Of a DNA stretch of 32,000 nt, positions 25,354-32,000 are shown one piece after another (position 1 is the first letter of the stretch; every line of letters begins with the position of its first letter). The DNA is taken from assembly GCF_018398935.1 (NCBI RefSeq), contig NZ_CP074694.1, positions 1,320,001 through 1,352,000 of the forward strand. The letters are read 5' to 3'. The position numbers were made by a program, and so were the translations under genes. This DNA is from Telmatocola sphagniphila (GTDB lineage: Bacteria; Planctomycetota; Planctomycetia; Gemmatales; Gemmataceae). The notes under the pieces were generated by a model. That model was not told the origin of the DNA. It worked only from the letters and a program-made list of their open reading frames with translations, and made no database searches.

Positions 25354-25465
25354 TTGCCAGCCTGAAGGGGATCTCTCAAGCGGTCCATCTTGTTATTATT
25401 CCTCAAACAGGATATAAGCGATAGCTCAGGGAAGAATCTTTCTCCCAGAGGGATCTGGTTTACAC

Positions 25466-27514
25466 ATGCGGAACTTTCTTCGCACACTGAAGTATTCCTG
25501 GAAATATCGTGCCAGGCTGATTATCTCCGTACTCTGCGCCATAGCAGCGGCGGCTCTGTGGGGTTCGAATTTCACAGCAATCTATCCCGTTTTGAAAATT
25601 CTAGGTAGCCGCCAAAACCTGCACCAGTGGGTCGACCAGAAGCTGAAAACCCTACAGGACGAGGCTTCTCGGGATTCGGAAAATATTCAAAAAATTCGAG
25701 ATTATCTCGAGGAAGATGTCAAAAAGGGAAAATACCAGTGGGCGGATCCGGGGCTTCGAAAACATGAAGAGCTTTACCTGAGTGGTAAGATCGCTCAGAT
25801 CGAATCCCGCATGGATAGCACCGCCTCCCGGATCTATCGCTATCAGCAATTGAAAGTCTACGTCATCAAGCACTTGCCGCAGGACTTATTTCTGACGTTG
25901 GCGGCCATTCTTGGCCTGGTAGTGTTGGCGGTGGCCATCAAAGGATTCTTTGAATTCTGGCAGGAATGGCTTGTCGGAAGTGTCATGAATAAAACACTTT
26001 ACGACCTGCGTAACGACTTTTTCCGCAAAACAATTCAACAGGATTTGAGGCAAATCCAGGAATCGGGCTCCGCCGATCTGATGACCCGATTTACCAACGA
26101 TACCGAGCAGATCGGCGTCGGCGTGAAGATTCTCTATGGCAAGGTTATAGCTGAGCCATTACGAGCACTTTCCTGCGTTGTGATTGCCGCCATGATTAGT
26201 TGGCAGTTGACGGTGTTATTCCTGATAATGACGCCGGTCTCGTTGGTGTTGATGGCCAAAACCAGCCGGATGATGAAGAAGGCGACCCGTCGGGTTTTGG
26301 ATCGTATGTCCAGTATTTACAAGATCTTGCAGGAAACCTTCCAGGGGCTGCGCGTCGTCAAAGCCTTTACGATGGAATCCTACGAACGCCGTCGGTTCAG
26401 CGAGGCGACCCGGGACTATGCAGATCGGTCGATGCGGGTGATTACTATCGATGCCTTGGCGGGTCCTTTGATCGAAATTCTCGGGATCACGGCCGTGAGT
26501 TGCGCCCTCCTTGCGGGAGCTTATCTGGTTCTCAACGAAAAGACTCATCTGGTCATCGCCGGGATGAGTTTTCGAATGAGTCAGAGTCCTATCGAAATTG
26601 AGACTTTACTGAACCTTTTTGCGCTTTTGGTCGGTATGGCCGATCCGATTCGCAAACTTTCCAGTGTTTATACCAAGATTCAAAACGCCTCCGCGGCTTC
26701 GGATCGCGTATTCCAATTCATGGACAAGGCTCCCGAAGTGAAACCGAATGCCTCCGGGCCGCAACTGGAACGCCATTCGAAATCGATAGTCTTCAAGGAC
26801 GTTTGCTTCTCATACCACGACGGCTATCCTGTTCTCACCAACATTTCCTTGAAGGTGGCCGCCGGCGAGACCATTGCTCTGGTAGGCTCCAATGGCTGTG
26901 GAAAATCGACACTATTGAATTTGTTGCCGAGATTTTACGATCCGAATCATGGATCGATTTTGATCGATGAAATCGATCTTCGGGAAGCGAATCTTCGCAG
27001 TCTGCGCAAACAGATTGGAATTGTGACGCAGGATACCATCCTGTTCGACGACACGATTTTCAACAACATTCTTTACGGGAACCGACAGGCGACCAAGGAA
27101 GAGGTGATCGAAGCTTCCAAAAAGGCCTTCGCACATGAGTTCATTCTTAAACTCTCCGGCGGCTATGAAACGTTAGCCGGCGAAGCTGGGAAAAGCCTCT
27201 CGGGTGGTCAGAAACAGCGTATCGCACTGGCGCGAGCCATCTTACGGAATCCTTCGATTCTGATTCTGGACGAGCACACAAGCCAATGCGACCCAGTATC
27301 TGAAAATCTGATTCACGATGTCCTGAAGGATTTCAAAAAGGGGCGGACCGTCTTCATCATTACACACAAGATGCATGCCGTCGAGATTGCCGATCGTATC
27401 GTCGTCCTGGATAAAGGTCGCATTGAAGCGATTGGAACTCACGAACAGTTGATCGAGAGTTCCTACACTTATCAGCGATTGGTGGATGCGCATGCTGTTC
27501 GCCGGGCTGCCTAG
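25466..27514 (+). CDS. MsbA-like fused ABC exporter (TMD+NBD) with an enlarged TM1-TM2 loop
   Basis: 682-aa ORF. It has Walker A GSNGCGKST, Q-loop VTQDT, signature LSGGQKQRIALARA, Walker B ILILDEHTS, and H-loop ITHKM. The six-helix exporter TMD carries a ~90-aa charged insertion after TM1. Confidence 0.9.
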   Translation: MRNFLRTLKYSWKYRARLIISVLCAIAAAALWGSNFTAIYPVLKILGSRQNLHQWVDQKLKTLQDEASRDSENIQKIRDYLEEDVKKGKYQWADPGLRKHEELYLSGKIAQIESRMDSTASRIYRYQQLKVYVIKHLPQDLFLTLAAILGLVVLAVAIKGFFEFWQEWLVGSVMNKTLYDLRNDFFRKTIQQDLRQIQESGSADLMTRFTNDTEQIGVGVKILYGKVIAEPLRALSCVVIAAMISWQLTVLFLIMTPVSLVLMAKTSRMMKKATRRVLDRMSSIYKILQETFQGLRVVKAFTMESYERRRFSEATRDYADRSMRVITIDALAGPLIEILGITAVSCALLAGAYLVLNEKTHLVIAGMSFRMSQSPIEIETLLNLFALLVGMADPIRKLSSVYTKIQNASAASDRVFQFMDKAPEVKPNASGPQLERHSKSIVFKDVCFSYHDGYPVLTNISLKVAAGETIALVGSNGCGKSTLLNLLPRFYDPNHGSILIDEIDLREANLRSLRKQIGIVTQDTILFDDTIFNNILYGNRQATKEEVIEASKKAFAHEFILKLSGGYETLAGEAGKSLSGGQKQRIALARAILRNPSILILDEHTSQCDPVSENLIHDVLKDFKKGRTVFIITHKMHAVEIADRIVVLDKGRIEAIGTHEQLIESSYTYQRLVDAHAVRRAA

Positions 27515-29030
27515 TCGAGAAAATTCGCCCGCTCGGATTATCTGTGAAATTGCGATTCTGCTTCCCCTCTGCCTGATTATTTATGCCACCGATTTGAATG
27601 GCTCGGATCTTTGGGCCAGCCACGAAGCCCGTGCGGCCATGGATGCCCAAAGTCTCCTCGAATCACAAGACTATTTGCTTCCTCAACTTTTTGATGGCTC
27701 TCTCGAATTGCAAAAACCGCCGGGATATTATTGGCTCGTGGCCGGTTTAGCGACTTTACGCGGTCACGATGTGGATGAGATAGACGTCCGCCTTCCCGCA
27801 GCTCTATCGGCGACATTCACCGTTCTGCTGGTTCACGTTTTCGTACGTCGATTACTGCCTCGACGACCCGCGTTTGGGATTGCCATTATCCTAATGACTT
27901 CCATTCACTGGATCGCCTTGGCACGCACCGGACGAATCGATATGGTTTTGACCGGTGTGGTGACAATGGCCTTGATTTTGGGAACCTGGTCTCCGGTTTC
28001 CAGAGTGGGGATGTTTGCGAAAAGCCTCCTGCTTCTGTTCAGCCTGGCTTCTGCTTTGTTCCTGAAAGGCTTGATCGGCTGGTTGATGATTCTAGGAGCC
28101 TGGAGCGTACTTTGCATTGCGAAGTCGCGTCGATGGAATTCGCGATTCGACTTGTTGTGTTCCCCTACCCTGGTCGCGACAGTTTTATTGGGTTTTGGTT
28201 CATTGATTCTCGTTATTCCATGGTTTTACCTGGCCAATCGGCACACGAATGGGGAGCTATTCGAATCGTTAATCGTCTATCACCATTTTCACCGAGCATT
28301 TGGCGGAAGCGAACTCGCGTCGCATCCCGTATGGTTTTATATTCCGCGCTTGGCTTTTGATTTTCTGCCCTGGTCGCCCTTTTTATTGGTGTCGGTAGTG
28401 GCTGTGCTTCGACGGCGAGAACTCCGGATTAATTTGCAGGAGCAGCCCGGCCTTGGTGGATTGTATTGGTTTAGCCTGGTCGCTTTCTGCGTGATTTTTT
28501 TCGGTCTATCGTTCTCCCGTTTCAAGAGGGCGGATTACCTGCTGCCGGCTTATCCCTGGCTAGCGATATTCACTGGCGTACTCTGGAACGCCATGCAGAG
28601 CCGGCACTCCTCAAGCGTTCAGAGGATGACGCAAATACTCTTTCTTCTTGTTTCTCTGGGAACGACGATTGGGGTGAGGATCAGCCAGCAGAGAGATGCG
28701 CTCCCCTATGAGATTCACGCTTTCTCGGTGGCTGTTCGACAGGAACAACCCAAACCCAGCCCAATCCTACTATTTCGACTGGAAGCTCATCAACTCTCCT
28801 GGCAACTGGGCAAACCGCTGAAAACCGTGATCGAATGGCACGATTTGAGAACTTTGCTCGGCGATAACGCGAACTTTCTCATTCGCGAAGAGGCCTTGGC
28901 GGAATGCCAGGAAGAGTTGAAGGAATTCAGACTGAAAATCTTGCTCCGAAGTGTCGATTTTCTGCAATCCGCTGGCAAAGCTCATCGTGCGTATGTATTT
29001 TTGAAAGCAGAGAAATCAAACGCACCTTGA
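27486..29030 (+). CDS. GT-C fold glycosyltransferase, ArnT/PMT_2 (GT39/GT83)-like
   Basis: 514-aa polytopic ORF overlapping the ABC gene by 29 nt. Loop 1 reads LWASHEARAAMDAQSLLESQDYLLPQLFDGSLELQKPPGYYWLVA. This matches the ArnT motif skeleton DExRYAx5Mx3GxWx9YFEKPx4W at the E, R, A, KP and W positions. Confidence 0.8.
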   Translation: MRMLFAGLPSRENSPARIICEIAILLPLCLIIYATDLNGSDLWASHEARAAMDAQSLLESQDYLLPQLFDGSLELQKPPGYYWLVAGLATLRGHDVDEIDVRLPAALSATFTVLLVHVFVRRLLPRRPAFGIAIILMTSIHWIALARTGRIDMVLTGVVTMALILGTWSPVSRVGMFAKSLLLLFSLASALFLKGLIGWLMILGAWSVLCIAKSRRWNSRFDLLCSPTLVATVLLGFGSLILVIPWFYLANRHTNGELFESLIVYHHFHRAFGGSELASHPVWFYIPRLAFDFLPWSPFLLVSVVAVLRRRELRINLQEQPGLGGLYWFSLVAFCVIFFGLSFSRFKRADYLLPAYPWLAIFTGVLWNAMQSRHSSSVQRMTQILFLLVSLGTTIGVRISQQRDALPYEIHAFSVAVRQEQPKPSPILLFRLEAHQLSWQLGKPLKTVIEWHDLRTLLGDNANFLIREEALAECQEELKEFRLKILLRSVDFLQSAGKAHRAYVFLKAEKSNAP

Positions 29031-29043
29031 GACTGAACTGTAT

Positions 29044-29913
29044 ATGGATGGCATCTCAATCCTACTTCCCGTTTACAATCAATCCAACCATTTGACAAAA
29101 GCTGTTTCGATCTGGCAGGAAACAGTTGAAAAATTGAAACGACCCTACGAAATTATCGTCATCAATGATGGAAGCAGCGATTCGACCCGGGATACTCTAA
29201 GCACCATGCAGGCGAACCCGAAGTATTCTAATTTACAGATCTTTCATCATGAGACCCGCCGGGGCTACGGGGCGAGTCTTCGCACGGCCCTACCGAACGT
29301 TCAGAAAGAACTGATCCTGCTGACCTCCCTGCGTTATCCTTACCAGCCCGAAGAACTTCGCAAGCTGCTCGACGCCCTCAAACAAAAAAATGAACTGACT
29401 GGCCAGCAGGTTGCTGTTGTCAACGGTTGTCGGCTGGATCTCCCTTACGTAGGCGGTGCGGCCTTTCGTGGCGAGATTTTGCGGTACGGAACTCGGATTT
29501 TTTTCGGCCATCTTCCGGAGAAGCCGCAGGGCTTGTGTTCCCAATACTCCTGGAGTCGCTGGTGGCGGTTGCGCCTGCAGTTTGGTTTGAAATTCCACGA
29601 TACCTTCAGTGAATTTAAAATTATTCGACGGGAAGTTCTGGAAAGAATGGAATTGCAGTCCGATTCCGAATTCCTCCTGGCGGAGATCCTGGCAAAGGCG
29701 ACTTTCCTGGGATTTCTCATGGATGAGGTGCCCATCGCTCAGAACCAAAGTCCGATGCCTTGGGGAGCGGAACCGGAACTGCCGGAACTGTTCAGAAAAG
29801 ATCGAAGTGAGGTCTTTCGTAAGCAGAAATTCAAGCAAAAATTGAGATCCGAAGATCCGCCGTGCGATCCTATGCTTCCCACTGTCCTAGCGGATCCCGC
29901 CCCTACACCATGA
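29044..29913 (+). CDS. GT2-family (ArnC/DPM1-like polyprenyl-phosphate glycosyltransferase-like) protein with a degenerate DxD
   Basis: The 289-aa ORF is collinear with E. coli ArnC as recalled: ISILLPVYNQSNHL (VSVVIPVYNEQESL), YEIIVINDGSSDST (YEILLIDDGSSDNS), and ELILLTSLRYPYQPEELRKLL ([21 protein letters not shown]). There are no C-terminal TM helices. Confidence 0.85.
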   Translation: MDGISILLPVYNQSNHLTKAVSIWQETVEKLKRPYEIIVINDGSSDSTRDTLSTMQANPKYSNLQIFHHETRRGYGASLRTALPNVQKELILLTSLRYPYQPEELRKLLDALKQKNELTGQQVAVVNGCRLDLPYVGGAAFRGEILRYGTRIFFGHLPEKPQGLCSQYSWSRWWRLRLQFGLKFHDTFSEFKIIRREVLERMELQSDSEFLLAEILAKATFLGFLMDEVPIAQNQSPMPWGAEPELPELFRKDRSEVFRKQKFKQKLRSEDPPCDPMLPTVLADPAPTP

Positions 29914-30803
29914 GACATTATTTTTCGATCCTGATTCTCCTGATAGCCGGGTGCTCCAAGAATCCCGCGAAACCGGAATTGGTCTGGGGTTCCTTTGGTG
30001 TGACCGATGGCCATTTCACCGTTCCTCGAGCGGCGGCGATCGATCCCCAGGGACGCCTATTCATCGTCGATATGCAAGCCAAGATTCAGGAATTTGATCT
30101 GGACGGCAACCATCTTGGCGTCAGCTGGCACACCCCCGATTACCGTAACGGCCGACCCAGCGGATTAGGAATTGATCGGGATGGGAATGTCATCGTTTGC
30201 GACTCGCATTATCATTGCATTCGCATCTACGATGCGACCGGTAAAGAGCTCAGAGTCATTGATGGAAACGGCGCGAATTTCGGCTACGTCAGCGATGCCC
30301 TGCAGGATGAAGACGGAAATTTCTACATCTCGGAATTTGGAGATTTGGATCGCATCTCCAAACTGAATGCGGATGGCAATCTGCTGAAACATTGGGGGAA
30401 AACTGGAATTGAGGATGGCGAGTTTAATCGCGTACGAGCCATGGCATTCGGACCAGATAAGCTCATTTACGTTGCGGATTCCTGCAATCACCGCATTCAG
30501 GTTTTTGATCGCGAAGGAAAATGGATAAGAACATTCGGCACACTGGGATCAGAACCTGGTGAGTTCAACTACCCATTCGATCTCGCGTTTGATTCCAAGG
30601 GCAAATTGATTGTTCTGGAGCGCGGCAACCATCGGGTGCAAAAGCTGACTGCTGAAGGGATATCTATTGCAACCTGGGGTGTCCCCGGACGCCAGCCCGG
30701 AGAACTCAACGACCCTTGGGCTCTAGCGGTGGATTCAAAAGATCGCATTCACGTAATCGATACTAAAAATCACCGCGTTCAGCGGTTTCGCTTCGCGGAG
30801 TAG
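29910..30803 (+). CDS. NHL-repeat beta-propeller lipoprotein
   Basis: The start is at ATG 29910 (ATGA overlap with the GT2 stop), giving MRHYFSILILLIAGCSKN with lipobox LIAGC. Six NHL-like repeats follow, for example CDSHYHCIRIYD, ADSCNHRIQVFDREGKWIRTFG, LERGNHRVQKL and IDTKNHRVQRF. Confidence 0.85.
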   Translation: MRHYFSILILLIAGCSKNPAKPELVWGSFGVTDGHFTVPRAAAIDPQGRLFIVDMQAKIQEFDLDGNHLGVSWHTPDYRNGRPSGLGIDRDGNVIVCDSHYHCIRIYDATGKELRVIDGNGANFGYVSDALQDEDGNFYISEFGDLDRISKLNADGNLLKHWGKTGIEDGEFNRVRAMAFGPDKLIYVADSCNHRIQVFDREGKWIRTFGTLGSEPGEFNYPFDLAFDSKGKLIVLERGNHRVQKLTAEGISIATWGVPGRQPGELNDPWALAVDSKDRIHVIDTKNHRVQRFRFAE

Positions 30804-30812
30804 GATCAGTCG

Positions 30813-32000
30813 ATGTACTATCTGAACGATCACTGGTTGGCACTGACGCTGATAATCTGCGTTTTGCCAGGTCTGGCGATCAGCTTGCTTCGGCATCTCC
30901 CGCTCCGTGAAGTTCTCCTTCGCTTCTGGTTTTTAATTCCGATTTGTCTGGCAACAGGGCATTTCATTTATCGCTACAGTTGCTCGAGTGCACCCGAGCG
31001 GGAAGATCTGTTTCTGTGGTGGGCCGGTGGCAGCGCGGCGTTATTGATTCTCGAATTGATCACCGTTCTGGCTTTTAGAAGGTGGTCTTTCGAACTTTTT
31101 CGAGCCAGTCTGCTTCTCTTCGCCTGTTCCCTCGGGTTTTTGGTCGATCCGATCCAGGGCGCTGGCAAATCGGCCTATCTGAACCTATTAGGGTTACGCT
31201 TTGTTGAACCGATATGGCTTCTGTTACTTTTGATTCTGATAGTGCTGGTACCCTGGAGCTACAAGAGTTTAAGTAGCCTCGGGGCCCGACGCCGCTGGAT
31301 CATATTGGGATTGCGTAGCGGCTTGATTGCATTCCTCGCACTGGCCATGGCAGAACCCCAGCTTCGAAAAATGAATGAAAATACGACGGTGCTTTTCGTG
31401 CTGGATCGAAGTCTGAGCATACCCACCGAATTTGACGGCAAAACGGTCGATGCAGCGGGTGTCGCCCAGGACAATCGCTGGAGGCGAATTCAACAATTCA
31501 TCAACGAAGCGGTAGGTAAAAAGGGACCTGCTCATCGCAATGATCTGACCGGGGCCATTCTGTTCGGAAAGCGGCCTCGTCTCGCACTTCCTCCCGCTGC
31601 CGTGGACAAAATGGTCGTGAGCGATAGCCTCGCGGGTCCGATTGATGGCCAGTACACAGACATCGCCTCGGCTATCAAGTTAGCACTCGCTTCATTTCCG
31701 GAAGGAACCGCCAAGCGAATCGTGCTGGTGAGTGATGGAAACGAAAATCTCGGGAATGCCGAAGAACAGGCGTTACTCGCTAAACAGAATGGCGTTCAGA
31801 TCGACACTGTGCTGCTGGCTCCGGAATATCACAATGACAACGAAGTGATGGTCCAGAACATAGAGACGCCTTCGCGCACGGCCAAAGGAGCACGACTTCC
31901 GCTGCGGGTTTTGATGCGAAATACAAATCCGAATAAGTCCGTGGAAGGAACTTTAGAACTAATCCAAGTCAAGGAGGGACGCGAAAAGGCGGTTCCCATA
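30813..32000 (+). CDS. BatA-N/VWA-domain membrane protein; the 3' end runs off the window
   Basis: It is absent from the ORF track because it is open to the window edge. I translated 396 codons without a stop from ATG 30813. FVEPIWLLLLLILIVLVPW...RRRWIILGLRSGLIAFLALAMAEPQL is the aerotolerance BatA N-terminal pattern. VLFVLDRSLSIP (MIDAS DxSxS) and RIVLVSDGNENLG indicate a VWA domain. The true start could lie further downstream, because about 125 aa precede the BatA-like block. Confidence 0.75.
   Translation, partial: MYYLNDHWLALTLIICVLPGLAISLLRHLPLREVLLRFWFLIPICLATGHFIYRYSCSSAPEREDLFLWWAGGSAALLILELITVLAFRRWSFELFRASLLLFACSLGFLVDPIQGAGKSAYLNLLGLRFVEPIWLLLLLILIVLVPWSYKSLSSLGARRRWIILGLRSGLIAFLALAMAEPQLRKMNENTTVLFVLDRSLSIPTEFDGKTVDAAGVAQDNRWRRIQQFINEAVGKKGPAHRNDLTGAILFGKRPRLALPPAAVDKMVVSDSLAGPIDGQYTDIASAIKLALASFPEGTAKRIVLVSDGNENLGNAEEQALLAKQNGVQIDTVLLAPEYHNDNEVMVQNIETPSRTAKGARLPLRVLMRNTNPNKSVEGTLELIQVKEGREKAVPI

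Noticed and set aside
1-32000. I searched for CRISPR arrays, rRNA and tRNA genes, integrase/att sites, and recognisable defence systems (restriction-modification, toxin-antitoxin, Cas, retron, CBASS-like).
   Set aside because: There are no regularly spaced direct repeats. No intergenic gap is large enough for a structured RNA gene apart from the 12143-12360 palindrome, which is not cloverleaf-like. The two methyltransferases have RNA-type (THUMP, RsmC-like) architecture without a nuclease partner. The only nuclease-family gene (Uma2) is a solitary pseudogene.

Overview
This is a gene-dense 32-kb chromosomal window of roughly 50-53% GC by eye, with about 27 protein genes on both strands and many 4-nt ATGA start/stop overlaps. 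The protein repertoire looks Planctomycetota-like: a TPR protein with RNA polymerase alpha-CTD copies, an MJ0042-type zinc-ribbon membrane protein, an NHL lipoprotein and a BatA/VWA membrane protein. That taxonomic reading is inference only.

Recognisable housekeeping genes:
- tgt, partial at the left edge and missing from the ORF track
- aroC, glyQS and ltaE
- two NPPF/NPPY-type RNA methyltransferases
- a Gfo/Idh/MocA oxidoreductase and a class-III aminotransferase
- a di-haem c-type cytochrome

Unusual content:
1. An intact IS1380-family element (4838-6692) has about 21-30-bp imperfect terminal inverted repeats and a CTAGT target-site duplication. It sits 19 bp upstream of, and is co-oriented with, a TPR + tandem alpha-CTD gene.
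2. A putative metal-handling cluster combines an orphan ZnuB-like ABC-3 permease, a CxC-motif COG0701 permease, and a TIGR03943/DUF1980 partner with 14 His in a 49-aa loop.
3. A tightly coupled five-gene envelope operon encodes an MsbA-like exporter with a roughly 90-aa TM1-TM2 insertion, an ArnT/PMT_2-like GT-C enzyme, a GT2 whose DxD motif reads SLR, an NHL lipoprotein and a VWA membrane protein.
4. A Uma2 nuclease gene is interrupted by a single in-frame TAG.
5. An intergenic palindromic element spans about 93-111 nt.

I found no rRNA, tRNA or CRISPR array, and I recognised no defence system. All family calls come from motif recognition by eye, because no database search or folding calculation was possible.
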